The translations under genes and the position numbers were made by a program. DNA of 64,000 nucleotides from Bacteroidales bacterium (lineage in GTDB: Bacteria > Bacteroidota > Bacteroidia > Bacteroidales > UBA4417), in assembly GCA_038204995.1 (NCBI GenBank), contig JBBRCH010000008.1:18077-82076 (forward strand), in the 5' to 3' direction. Below, piece by piece: positions 39,798 to 50,519 of this stretch. The first letter of the stretch is position 1. Each line of letters starts with the position of its first letter. Below the pieces are notes generated by a model. The model made no database searches. It saw only the letters and a program-made list of their open reading frames with translations, and was not told the origin of the DNA.

Positions 39798-41441
39798 ATG
39801 AAATTCGATAAACTCCTTTTTCTGACGTTACTATGTATAGCTTCTTCCTTCATTAATGTTGATGCATGTACTGTTATAGTAGCCGGTAAAAAAGCAACGG
39901 CGGATGGTTCAGTTATGATTTCGCATACCGATGCAGGACCAGATTCGAGGATATTCAGGGTGCTGGCGCAAACATTCAAACCCGGTGATAAAGCCCCGGT
40001 TTACTGGGGAATACAGGATGCCGACAGAGCATTGAATGACGACGGAAATATTTTAGGCTATATTCCACAGGTGGAAAAAACTTATGCTTATTTCCAATCT
40101 GCCTATTCCCATATAAATGAATATCAGCTGGGTATTGCTGAAAGCACAACGGCACAAAGAGAAGAGTTGGTAGTTACCCTTGAAACCGGCAAACAGATCA
40201 TGACCATTGAACAAGCCATGATTTTTGCACTTCAAAGATTTAAAAAAGCCCGCGAAGCAACCCGCTTTATCGGCGAATTAATGACAACCTACGGGTTTTT
40301 GCCTTCTTCGGGCGATGGTTCCGAAACACTGGTGATAGCCGATACCGAAGAAGCCTGGGTTCTTGAAGTATTCGGCGTAGGACCGGGATGGACACCCGAA
40401 AGCGGAAAGCCTGGTGCTATTTGGGCCGCACAGCGCATGGGCGACGACCAGGCTGCCATGATCCCGAACTGGAGCATTATCAAAGAAATTAATGTTGCTG
40501 ATAACAAAAATTTCATGGTTTCGGCCAATTATATGAAGGAAGCAATCGACCGGGGCTGGTACGATCCTGCTTCGGGGAAACCTTTTATCTGGCAGGAAGC
40601 CTACACACCTTTGCCTGAAGAGTATGCTACCAGCAGATTCTGGTTGTTTTACCAAACTTTCACTCCTAATCTTAAAAAATGGCCCGATCGTTTTCTTGAT
40701 CCTTCAAATCCATACAAAGGAATGGAGCCCTATTTCCAGGTGGTAGAGCCACTTTCGTTGTATCCATTTTCGGCCACTCCTGAGAAAAAAATCTCCGTTC
40801 AGGATTTGGTTGCTTTTCAGCGTTCTACTTTCGAAGGAACCATTTATGATATGACATCCTATCCCGAATGGCTGGTACCGGATGGAAAAGGGAATTATGT
40901 GAAAAGTCCGTTGGCTACGCCGTTTCCGGGAAGTGATATGCGCAAACTTATGAAGCAGACGTATCGCCGACCCGTTGCACGCCACCGTGGCCATTATGGT
41001 ATGATTATGCAGCTTCGCGGCTGGCTGCCCGATGAAATTGGAGGTGTTTACTGGGTTTATCTTGACAATCCCTATTTCAGCCCTTATGTGCCCATTTATG
41101 CCGGGAATATCTCGGTGGCTGAAACCTACACTATTTACGATCCAAATAAATATGATGAGAAATCGGCACGCTGGGCCATTGATTTTGTGGATAACCTGGC
41201 CAACCTGAAATTCCAGGAAATAATTAAAGACGTTCATGCTGTGCGCGACCCCTTTGAAAATGAGATTTTTTCGAAACAAGCCCAGGTTGAAGCAGAGGCA
41301 TTAAGCCTGTATAAGAAAAGTCCGCGTGAAGCACAGGAATATCTGACCGCTTATACTAACGGATTGATGAATAATGTAGCCGAAATGTATATTGGATTAA
41401 GAAATTCGATTATTACGAAGTATACGAATAACAGGGAATAA
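39798..41441 (+). CDS. Peptidase family C69 (Ntn-hydrolase dipeptidase)
   Basis: Signal peptide then CTVIVAGKKATADGS, INEYQLGIAEST, IADTEEAW and WAAQR motifs. Confidence 0.92.
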   Translation: MKFDKLLFLTLLCIASSFINVDACTVIVAGKKATADGSVMISHTDAGPDSRIFRVLAQTFKPGDKAPVYWGIQDADRALNDDGNILGYIPQVEKTYAYFQSAYSHINEYQLGIAESTTAQREELVVTLETGKQIMTIEQAMIFALQRFKKAREATRFIGELMTTYGFLPSSGDGSETLVIADTEEAWVLEVFGVGPGWTPESGKPGAIWAAQRMGDDQAAMIPNWSIIKEINVADNKNFMVSANYMKEAIDRGWYDPASGKPFIWQEAYTPLPEEYATSRFWLFYQTFTPNLKKWPDRFLDPSNPYKGMEPYFQVVEPLSLYPFSATPEKKISVQDLVAFQRSTFEGTIYDMTSYPEWLVPDGKGNYVKSPLATPFPGSDMRKLMKQTYRRPVARHRGHYGMIMQLRGWLPDEIGGVYWVYLDNPYFSPYVPIYAGNISVAETYTIYDPNKYDEKSARWAIDFVDNLANLKFQEIIKDVHAVRDPFENEIFSKQAQVEAEALSLYKKSPREAQEYLTAYTNGLMNNVAEMYIGLRNSIITKYTNNRE

Positions 41442-41622
41442 TTCCTGCTTGTTGTATATAATCCATTTGTATTCATAAGGTAAACCGAACCAAGATGATA
41501 AGTAGCCAACGATCGGTAGTGATAAATCGTGCAATTAGATTGCCATTCGTGTTTTAGCACATATCAAATCATTCAACATACTGATTGTTGCATTTATAAT
41601 CGAGCTTTCTTGTGGAAATCAA

Positions 41623-43236
41623 TTATTTGAAAACCATCATCTTTTTAGTCACAATTACTTCGTTTGCCTGAAGCTGGTAAAAGTAAACGCCAGCCGGCAA
41701 TCCTGTTAAGCTGAAATTCACCTTATGTTTTCCTTTTGCCTGATCGCAATCGAGGAGAGTTTTAACTATTTGTCCAGTTAAGTTATGAACGCTCAAAATA
41801 ACATGAGCATTTTCGGTGAGTAGCCAGGAGATGGTTGTGGTTTCAGAACATGGATTGGGATAGTTCTGGAAAAGCTGACAGCCATATCCAGGATTAAGTT
41901 GAGTTGTTCCGTTTGAATTGGCTTGTGAATACTTTACAGTGCAATAGTCGCCCGGCCAATCCATCCATCTTTCGCCGGTTACATATACATTTAACAAAGT
42001 ATCAACAGCAATATCACTTTGCCAATATTGAATACCCTCGCCTGCACGCCATACTTCTCCTCCGTCCTGATTGTATTTAATAGCGATCATTCCATTTAAA
42101 TTACCTGATGTATATACTGAATTTTGCTTGTCGGCAGTAATTGAGCAAGGAAACTTATACGTGACAGCCGGAGGGAAAACCGTCCAGAGTGAATCGCCGC
42201 CGGAAGTGAATTTCTTTATAAAATTTTTGTAAGACCCGTTTGACAGACGAAATCCACCGGCGACAATTATGTTGTTGAACTCATCAACCGTTAAATCATA
42301 GAAAACGGAATTGCTTGAATAATCAGGGTTGATAATTTGTGTCCATGCCGGTTGATTGCCACCGGTATATTTAAGCAGTAACAATTTGTTTCCCAGGCTT
42401 GAAGCATTGCCCATGAACTGGGTTATAATTACCTGGTTTCCTTCCGAATCAATTATCATTTTTGGTGGCGATGCCATACCCCAGTTCGTATCAGGAAGAA
42501 CATAATCAACAAAGTTACCTCCAACCGTTACTAAGCGTAACGAAGTTTTACCATCTTTTGAACCATAACCGAGGGCATAAACCTGCCCATTTTGATTGAC
42601 TCCTATGGATGTGCCCACTGATGCTGAGCTATCCTGCCAGTGGTAAACCATACTGTTGCTTCCACTTGGCATATAGGATAAAACAACCATATCATACCCT
42701 GTACCACCGCTATTTAATGCGCCTCCCCAGCTTTCGCCGGTAACAAATACGCTGTTGTTAAATGTAGCTATATCGTTAGCCCGGTCGGATGAGTTGGGAT
42801 CAGGATTCAGGTATCGTTCGAAAAACATTTGTTCGCCCGAAAGATGATTGTATTTAATGGTTGTAATAAAAAGATCATCATCCCGGTCAGGTGGTTTATG
42901 TGTGTAACCGGTGATCATAATGTCCTGCTCGTTGTCAATGGCCAACCCACTGATATCGTCGGAGTTAAGACTGCCGGGTTCTTCAAATATGGAAGTCCAG
43001 AGCGAATCGCCCCGGGCATTATATTTAGTCACACACATTTCTCCGCGGTTACTTACATTAGTATTTGAAACTCCCGCAACAATCACATTAGCTGAATCAT
43101 CAACAGCTATAAATTTTGCTTTATCAGCAAGTGTTGGCACAGCTGAAAATCTCTTCATCCATTCCTGCTGCACCTGAGCAACAGAGAATATACAACTGCT
43201 AAACAATATAATCATTATAAAAGCTAACTTTTTCAT
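41623..43236 (-). CDS. Beta-propeller (SBBP-like repeat) protein with T9SS type A CTD
   Basis: Repeats IAVD..NV.V.G...TKY...G..LW; C-terminus QNYPNP...LPAGVYFYQL...TKKM. Confidence 0.85.
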   Translation of the reverse strand: MKKLAFIMIILFSSCIFSVAQVQQEWMKRFSAVPTLADKAKFIAVDDSANVIVAGVSNTNVSNRGEMCVTKYNARGDSLWTSIFEEPGSLNSDDISGLAIDNEQDIMITGYTHKPPDRDDDLFITTIKYNHLSGEQMFFERYLNPDPNSSDRANDIATFNNSVFVTGESWGGALNSGGTGYDMVVLSYMPSGSNSMVYHWQDSSASVGTSIGVNQNGQVYALGYGSKDGKTSLRLVTVGGNFVDYVLPDTNWGMASPPKMIIDSEGNQVIITQFMGNASSLGNKLLLLKYTGGNQPAWTQIINPDYSSNSVFYDLTVDEFNNIIVAGGFRLSNGSYKNFIKKFTSGGDSLWTVFPPAVTYKFPCSITADKQNSVYTSGNLNGMIAIKYNQDGGEVWRAGEGIQYWQSDIAVDTLLNVYVTGERWMDWPGDYCTVKYSQANSNGTTQLNPGYGCQLFQNYPNPCSETTTISWLLTENAHVILSVHNLTGQIVKTLLDCDQAKGKHKVNFSLTGLPAGVYFYQLQANEVIVTKKMMVFK

Positions 43237-43281
43237 TTATACCCCCTTTCAGCTTAAAAAATTTATGATTTAATGAGTCAC

Positions 43282-45162
43282 TTAGTATATCACCATCTTC
43301 TTAGTTTCCAACGCACCACCAACTCTTAGCTGATAGAAATACACCCCCGCAGGTAAACCGGCAGGCTCAAAAACAACCTGGTGATATCCGGATGTTTCAA
43401 CCTGGTGAACCAGTGTTCTTATTTCACATCCGGTATAATTATAAAGCTTTAGAATGACAGGACTTTCAGTTTTCAACTGCCAGCTTATAATTGTAGAAGA
43501 TTTAACCGGATTTGGAAAGTTAGTCAGTTTGAATAAAGAAGTTGTTTCCGCACGCGGCCTTTCCTGGCTCCCAACAGGGAAATCATCGATGGTAAATGAA
43601 GCGATACGTGTTCTCCAATCCATATTGCTTGTTGAAGCATAATATTGATTGGTATACCAGAATGTTCTGTCGTCAACCGGATCAACTGTTAAAGAGGAAT
43701 AATCGCCCCATCGTCCAGAATAATCAGTTTGAGCACCTGCTCCCTCTATAATAGACTCTTCTGCATAAGTCATTAAACCTAAAGTATCCCCTGATCTTCT
43801 GGCAGTTGCCCGGATGGAGGGATACATATATTTCCCGGAAATCGAATATGCAAGGGCAATATTTCCGCTTCCGTCCATTGATATGCTTCCTATCCACCGA
43901 TGGTTGGTATCGGGAGCATATGTTCCCTGCTGGTATAGGTACCATGAAGTATCATTCGTCCTCAATTCGTACCACCTGATTCCGGCATTACCATTGGCCT
44001 TCACTGTACCATTGGCTACAATTGCTTCATACGTGCCAAAGTTCCTGTACTGAAGCCGGTTCATTAAACGTGGCGATAACTGATCCAGTTTTTGTGATGC
44101 GCCTTTTTGTGGTATGAGAGAACTAAAGCTGCTAAAAGATTCAGTGCTGATGTTCTGTGGCCCTTCGAAGACCGTGTTTGCCGGATCAATCCAATCCGTG
44201 TGCAACGTATAAAGATCAAGCCGATCGGAGGCGTCAGATTGAGAAATAAAATATCCGGGGGTGCCGGCAGGAGGAACCTGTCCATCCAGATCGGCAGGCA
44301 GTATTTCAGGCTTGCTACTTGGCAGATTAAAACTTGCCATCCTTGCTGTATTGCCAACCAGCATCGAATCACGTTCAAATACTACAGCACCTACTGAGAG
44401 CCAGCTGGTACTTCCGGAAGCAAATCTTCTGATCGACATATAATATCCATCAGGCCATACGGCAAGTTTCGGATAATCCGGCATATCAACAAACTGAAAA
44501 GCATAGCGATGCCATGCTCCTAAAGGATCGCCTGTTTGTGAAACGGCAATTAGCTCATAAAAAGGGCCATTGGGGTAGTTGGGCAGCGAAAACTGGGTGA
44601 TAAGCCATCTGTCGGCCAAGTGGTCATAGATCACAATCGGATCACCATCGCTGGTATGGATGCCGGGAAATCCTTCCCAGATGGTACCTATCGAAGCCGG
44701 GCCATACATTAGATCACCTGTTTTCGAATAAATAGCGAAACTTGTATTTACTGCCTGAATATAATGATTTGCCCCTATATCCCCCGTAGGATCGGGTGGA
44801 ATGTAGCCGCTTATATTATTAATTCCATCAAAATTCACAATAGTAGTATTGGGATGCAATACCCCGGCTTCGCTTTGCAAAACAGGATCGCGACCAGCAT
44901 TGGCATCAACCAGAATATTCACGCCTTCTTCAACAGGGGAAAAGGGCGGATTCGGGACTATTTTCACTTCTCTTGATTTTGCGCTATCGGGCTTAATAAT
45001 AGGTATATCAATCAGTTTTGGAGAAATGTCGTGTGCTATCGGGTAAATGATTTCCGTGGGATGCATGGAAATTCGTTGCGCAATAACAGGTTTCGATGTT
45101 GCCAGTATGAACGGCAGGATCATTGCTACGCTTTTTACAGCTGTAATAATAGGAGAATTCAT
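43282..45162 (-). CDS. Uncharacterised secreted protein with T9SS type A CTD (paralogue 1)
   Basis: PPDP.GD.G.NHYIQAVN, DYPKLAVWPDGYY and RWGDYSSL motifs; CTD NFPNP...GVYFYQL...KKM. Confidence 0.85.
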   Translation of the reverse strand: MNSPIITAVKSVAMILPFILATSKPVIAQRISMHPTEIIYPIAHDISPKLIDIPIIKPDSAKSREVKIVPNPPFSPVEEGVNILVDANAGRDPVLQSEAGVLHPNTTIVNFDGINNISGYIPPDPTGDIGANHYIQAVNTSFAIYSKTGDLMYGPASIGTIWEGFPGIHTSDGDPIVIYDHLADRWLITQFSLPNYPNGPFYELIAVSQTGDPLGAWHRYAFQFVDMPDYPKLAVWPDGYYMSIRRFASGSTSWLSVGAVVFERDSMLVGNTARMASFNLPSSKPEILPADLDGQVPPAGTPGYFISQSDASDRLDLYTLHTDWIDPANTVFEGPQNISTESFSSFSSLIPQKGASQKLDQLSPRLMNRLQYRNFGTYEAIVANGTVKANGNAGIRWYELRTNDTSWYLYQQGTYAPDTNHRWIGSISMDGSGNIALAYSISGKYMYPSIRATARRSGDTLGLMTYAEESIIEGAGAQTDYSGRWGDYSSLTVDPVDDRTFWYTNQYYASTSNMDWRTRIASFTIDDFPVGSQERPRAETTSLFKLTNFPNPVKSSTIISWQLKTESPVILKLYNYTGCEIRTLVHQVETSGYHQVVFEPAGLPAGVYFYQLRVGGALETKKMVIY

Positions 45163-45248
45163 ACGATTTATAGGTTAATTGGTTTAAAAGCAAAGGTTGT
45201 GTTTTAGAACAATGTAGGTCGAAGATTTCAAAATAGCAGTGCAAAGGA

Positions 45249-45335
45249 CTTGGTGCTTGGTTCTTGGTGCTTGGTGCAGGGTGCTTGTGCTTGGCGCTTG
45301 ATGCTTGGTGCTGACATTGTGCTTGGTGCTTGGAG
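45249..45335. repeat. Heptamer tandem repeat (CTTGGTG), about 11 degenerate units
   Basis: cttggtg cttggtt cttggtg cttggtg cagggtg cttgtg cttggcg cttgatg cttggtg ... cttggtg cttggag. Confidence 0.9.
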
Positions 45336-45396
45336 GTATGCAATCTGGATTAAGCATACGTATGTTTTTCAAATCAATTTTACTATGCAGTCATTC

Positions 45397-45424
45397 CTAA
45401 GCACTGAGCACTAAGCACTAAGAG
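45397..45424. repeat. Heptamer tandem repeat (CTAAGCA) x4, inverted relative to 45249-45335
   Basis: ctaagca ctgagca ctaagca ctaagag; reverse complement TGCTTAG matches TGCTTGG of the first array at 6 of 7 positions. Confidence 0.85.
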
Positions 45425-45541
45425 CTTAAAAATTAATACCCACAATCTCCTATAACACAACCAAAGCAAATAATAAGAATTACTACTGTAAGAGTTCGAA
45501 AAGAAATCAATACAAGAAATATGGAGTTAAAAGAATCATAC

Positions 45542-45575
45542 AGGTTAGAACAGACAGGACAAGTCGAATAAGCGG
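45542..45575 (-). promoter_or_regulatory. Conserved upstream box, copy 1 (identical 34 bp at 47680-47713)
   Basis: AGGTTAGAACAGACAGGACAAGTCGAATAAGCGG lies upstream of both paralogues. Confidence 0.55.
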
Positions 45576-45665
45576 ACAATAATAATCTGATGAGGCAGCA
45601 TCACAAAAGAATATTTATTCCTTAATCAGGGAACTATAATTATTTCAGGTTTTAGGTGATTTCTT

Positions 45666-47573
45666 TTATCTGCATACGATCATTTTCTTTGTTTCAACCC
45701 TCCCATCTGCCTGAAGCTGATAGAAATACACCCCCGCAGGTAAACCGGCAGGCTCAAAAACAACCTGGTGATATCCGGATGTTTCAACCTGGTGAACCAG
45801 TGTTCTTATTTCACATCCGGTATAATTATAAAGCTTCAGTATTACAGGGCTTTTGGTTTGCATCTGCCAGCTTATAGTTGTAGAAGATTTAACCGGATTA
45901 GGATAGTTCATAAGTTTGAAAGCAGAACCAGACTCCGCCACAGGATTTTCTTTCATTCCGACAGGAAAATCATCGATGGTAAACGAAGCGATACGAGTTC
46001 TCCAATCAGAAGAGCTTGTTGAAGCATAATATTCATTGGTGTACCAGAATGTTCTGTCGTCAACCGGATCAACTGTTAATGAGGAATAATCGCCCCATCG
46101 TGGAGGATCACACGTTTGAGCACCTGCGCCCTCAATAATTGACTCTTCTGCATAAGTCATTAAACCTAAAGTATCCCCTGACCTTCGTGCAGTTGCGCGA
46201 ATGGATGGATACATCCCAATTCCGGAAACAGAGTATGCAAGTGCAATATTTCCGTTTCCGTCCATTGATATGCTTCCCATCCACCGATGGTTGGTATCGG
46301 GAGCATACGTTCCCTGCTGGTATAAATACCAGGTGGTATCATTCGTCCTTAATTCGTACCACCTGATTCCGGCATGATCTGTATTATCAGCATCCACTGT
46401 ACCGTTGGCTACAATTGCTTCATACGAGCCAAAGTTCCTGTACTGAAGCCGGTTCATTAAACGTGGCGACAGCGGATCCAGTTTTTGAGAAGAGCCTTTC
46501 TGTGGTATGCAGGATCCGCCATAGGTGCTACACATATTACCGTCAAAAGCTACCGTGCTGATATTCTGTGGTCCTTCGAATACCGCGTTTGCCGAATCAA
46601 TCCAATCAGTGTGCAACTTATAAAGATCAAGCCGATCGGTGACACCATCAGTTTGAGAAATAAAATATCCGGGGCTGCCGGCAGGAGGAACCTGTCCATC
46701 CAGGTCGGCAGGCAGTATTTCTGGCTTGCCACTTGGCAGATTAAAACTTGCCATCCTTGCTGTATTGCCAACCAGCATCGAATCGCGTTCAAATACTGCA
46801 ACACTCGGTCCGAGCCAGTTGAGACTTCCGGAAGAGAATCTTCTGGTCGACATATAATATCCATCAGGCCACACTGCAAGTTTCGGATAATCCGGCATAT
46901 CATCAAACTGAAAAGTATAGCGATACCATGCTCCTAAAGGATCGGCTGTTTGCGAAATGGCAATTAGCTCATAGAAAGGTCCATTTGGAAAGTTAGGTAA
47001 CGAAAATTGGGTGATAATCCATCTGTCGGCCAGGTGGTCATACAACACAATAGGATCGCCATCGTTCTGAATGTGGGGAAGTCCGGCCCATAGAGTACTA
47101 AGAATGGTAGGACCATACATTAGATCACCGGTTTTTGAATAAATAGCGAAACTAGTATTTACCGCCTGGATATAATGATTAGGTCCGACATCTCCGGCTG
47201 GATCGGGTGGCCAATAGCCGTCTTTATTATTAATTCCATCAAAATTCACAATCGTAGTATTGGGATGCAATACGCCGGCTTCGCTTTGCAAAACCGGATC
47301 AAGACCTGCATTGGCATCAACCAGATTATTAAAGCCTTCTTGAACAGGGGAGAAGGATGGATTCGGGACTGTTTTCGCTTTTGTTGATTTTCCGCTATCG
47401 GACTGAATAATAGGAATATCAATCAGTTTTGGAGAAATGTCGTGTGCTATAGGGTAAATGATTTCCGTGGGATGCATGGAAATTCTTTGCGCAATAACAG
47501 GTTTCGATGTTGCCAGTATAAACGGCAGGATCATTGCTAAGCGTTTTACATCTGTAATAATAGGAGAATTCAT
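45666..47573 (-). CDS. Uncharacterised secreted protein with T9SS type A CTD (paralogue 2)
   Basis: Colinear with and highly similar to 43282-45162 over its full length. Confidence 0.85.
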   Translation of the reverse strand: MNSPIITDVKRLAMILPFILATSKPVIAQRISMHPTEIIYPIAHDISPKLIDIPIIQSDSGKSTKAKTVPNPSFSPVQEGFNNLVDANAGLDPVLQSEAGVLHPNTTIVNFDGINNKDGYWPPDPAGDVGPNHYIQAVNTSFAIYSKTGDLMYGPTILSTLWAGLPHIQNDGDPIVLYDHLADRWIITQFSLPNFPNGPFYELIAISQTADPLGAWYRYTFQFDDMPDYPKLAVWPDGYYMSTRRFSSGSLNWLGPSVAVFERDSMLVGNTARMASFNLPSGKPEILPADLDGQVPPAGSPGYFISQTDGVTDRLDLYKLHTDWIDSANAVFEGPQNISTVAFDGNMCSTYGGSCIPQKGSSQKLDPLSPRLMNRLQYRNFGSYEAIVANGTVDADNTDHAGIRWYELRTNDTTWYLYQQGTYAPDTNHRWMGSISMDGNGNIALAYSVSGIGMYPSIRATARRSGDTLGLMTYAEESIIEGAGAQTCDPPRWGDYSSLTVDPVDDRTFWYTNEYYASTSSSDWRTRIASFTIDDFPVGMKENPVAESGSAFKLMNYPNPVKSSTTISWQMQTKSPVILKLYNYTGCEIRTLVHQVETSGYHQVVFEPAGLPAGVYFYQLQADGRVETKKMIVCR

Positions 47574-47679
47574 ACGATTTATAGTTTAGTTGGTTTAAAA
47601 TCAAATATTTAGCATTACTGAAGTAAGTGCTCGAAAAGAAATCACTACAAGAAATATGGAGTAAAAAAATAATAATACA

Positions 47680-47713
47680 AGGTTAGAACAGACAGGACAA
47701 GTCGAATAAGCGG
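47680..47713 (-). promoter_or_regulatory. Conserved upstream box, copy 2
   Basis: Identical to 45542-45575. Confidence 0.55.
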
Positions 47714-48178
47714 GCAATAATAATTTGGTCAACCTACATTACATCTGACTATTGATTCCTGAAGCAGAAAAAAAATAATTGTTTCAGGTTTTAAAGGTAG
47801 TGAATACTTCAAAAAAAAGCAATCATAAATGAGTCTTTTTTGTATTAAAGATTTTACATCCTTATTTTCGGAATATAAGGAACCAGAACTGAAGAATACA
47901 AGGCTATCATTCCCGCGATTCCGGCTGAAACGGGATGAATAAGTTAGATAACCTTGTTTTTTATTATTTGTGGCCAATTCAGGCTGTGCTTTCGGTTCTC
48001 ATTCAATGAAATTTATATGTTTATTTCGCTTTTTATCTGACTAAATTTAATAATACTGGTATATTTCAGGATCAGGACCCTAAAGATTTTGCTTTGTACT
48101 TCAAATGGAAACACGATACTCTTGAAAAACTAATTTGAATTTTATCAGGTTCAAAACCGCATCACCCGCGGTGTTTTT

Positions 48179-50519
48179 TCATTTTTGTATTATTAGTTTT
48201 TTTGTCACACTTCCTTTATCCATAATTATACGGCAGATATATACTCCGTTGTTTAAATTGCCTGTGTCAATTTCCTGAGTTTCATTTCCTGTTGGGATTT
48301 GTTTTTTGACGAGTTTTTTACCTGTCAAATCGTAAATTTCGATGGTAGTATTTTGAACTCTGCACTCCGAACTCTGATCGTTGAACTTGCCCACCGCCGG
48401 ATTAGGAAATAGATTGATATTTTCCGCTGGTTTAGTTTCATTGATTAACAGAGGTGGAAAGCTGACCATATTTTAAAAGCGTTTTTCCGTTGCCAACCAC
48501 ATAACCGTTGGTGGGTGAGGTGAAGTGGACTCCTCTTAAGAAATTAGTGATAAGTCCTGCACCTTCAACTTGCCAGTTTACTCCACCATCCGATGTTTTT
48601 AATATAGTGCCTTGTGACCCAACTGCCCATCCTTCATTTTCATTCATAAAGAAAAGGTCATACAGTGAATGAAGGTCAGGTTCGGGATTTGTTTGCGATG
48701 TCCAGGTATCTCCACCATTTACTGTGTGACCAATTAATCCGTAATTTCCAACAACCCAACCTTCGTCATCATTGATAAAGAAGATAGAATTATAAGATCC
48801 TACAGGACCAGATTGGAATTCCCAGGTTGAACCATTGAAATACATAATATCATTTCCACCGCAAAGCCAAACATTATTTACAGAGGGGGAACTAATTCCA
48901 CTAAAGTTAGTTGGTTGCCCTGTATTTAAATTTGTTACTCCTGCAGGTGCAATGCTAAACACTTTACCACCATTCCCACAGCAATAGCCTTGCGTTGCCC
49001 TTGCAAAATCCATATTGTTTAAAGATGAAGACATTGCTCCATGAAAGTTCCAGTTTACCCCGCCATCAATGGTCCGGTAAACAAATCCGCTTCCGCCACC
49101 GGTAAAACCTTCATTTTCATCAATCATATAAATAGCTGCTGTTGAAGTGCCAAGACTTGTCGTTTGAATTTCAAATGTTTCTCCGCCATCGGTGGTGTGG
49201 TATATTTCAGCGCCTGAACTGCTGGAAATCCAGCCTTCGTTTTCATCAACAAAACATACCGAGGTAAGGTAACCGCTTATCGGACTGTTTTGAGTTGTCC
49301 CTGAAATGCCTCCGTTGTATGTAAGCTTTTTCATACCATCCCGACCTACGACCCATCCTTTATTCTCATTTACAAAATCAACCGCATTAAGCTGGTTTGG
49401 TATATTGAGTTGTTCCTGCCAGGTTTCCCCTCCATCGGTTGTATGCAATATAACTCCTCTTGATGTTCCGGCTAAATCAACTAGATCGCCATCGACTGCC
49501 CATCCTGTGGAATCATTAATGAATTCTAGATCCTGCAAAAAACCAAGGTAACCCTTGGTCTGTATTTCAAAATCGGTTCCCGCACCTGAATTTTTAAGAA
49601 TGAGGCCATAATGACCTGAGACCCAAACCTATTCGTGGGCCCACTGATCTTTAACATCATAAAGAGTGGAAGTAAGTCCTGAATTTTTTTGCTCCCAGGT
49701 GCTTCCATTATCAATGGTTTCCAATATTTTACCATCCCAGCCAACGGCATAAGCCACATCTGTTCCGATATTGATGATATCATTCAGGTTATAACCCGAC
49801 TCTTCGTATTCTTTAACCCAGGTTTGACCTTTATCCGCGGTATGCCATATATTTGCCTGCTGCCCTGCAACCCTGATGTTATCGAAATCGCCAACGTGCA
49901 CTGAAAGAAAATCAAGGCTGGTTGTCACGTTCCGATAGCTCCAGGTCTGACCATGATTATTGGTATATAAAACCAATCCGTCAGGGCCGGCAACCCAGGC
50001 TTCTTCGCAGTCGATATTGTCAATTGAATACAGATTTGTACTGAATGGAATGCTTTGGTCTTCTCAGGAATACCAGAAATCATTGGATCGCAGGATTGTT
50101 CCGTTTTCGCCAACTGCCCATGGACAACCACTGACCTCATCATTAACGAATGAGGTACCCGAATGAAGATCCTCCGAAGTGCTGTAAGGATAGTGTGTTA
50201 TTTCAAAACCATTTTCACATTCGATCACTAATTTAAGGAGACCGTTATCGCCTGCCATAAAGGCCATAAGGTCGTCGTGCATATAAACGGAATTGATGTT
50301 TTCTTTAATCCCCAGATCAACCAATTGCCAGGTTAAGCCGCCATCCAAGGTATGAACAGCAGCGCCTTTGGGGCCAACTGCCCAGCCATAATCCCTTAAA
50401 AAATTAATGCTGTACAATGGGTTTCCTTGTGGAAGTGGATTTTGCCAGTGCCAGCCGGGTTGAGCAAAAATAATGCTGGAAAAGAATAACAACACAGCTA
50501 AAAAAGATATCTTTTTCAT
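48179..50519 (-). pseudogene. Disrupted YCF48/BNR-repeat beta-propeller protein with T9SS CTD
   Basis: WHWQNPLPQGNPL start and T.DGG.TW repeats; in-frame TGA (50064-50066), in-frame TAG (49629-49631) and a frameshift near 48445 before the FPNP...GVY...KKL CTD. Confidence 0.85.

Noticed and set aside
45008..45372. ORFs 45008-45343 and 45184-45372 rich in HQAPST/KHQ
   Set aside because: They are translations of the heptamer repeat array, not plausible proteins
45249..45424. Possible CRISPR array
   Set aside because: 7-bp tandem units with no unique spacers, and no cas genes in the window
47729..47977. 82-aa minus-strand ORF
   Set aside because: No recognisable motif, weak start, and it overlaps duplicated upstream sequence
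49629..50066. Stop-codon recoding (TGA=Trp/Sec, TAG=Gln/Pyl) suggested by in-frame stops here and at 51972
   Set aside because: Intact core genes end in TGA (uppS, nadK) and TAG (nadB, HU), and the same gene also has a frameshift; ordinary decay explains it
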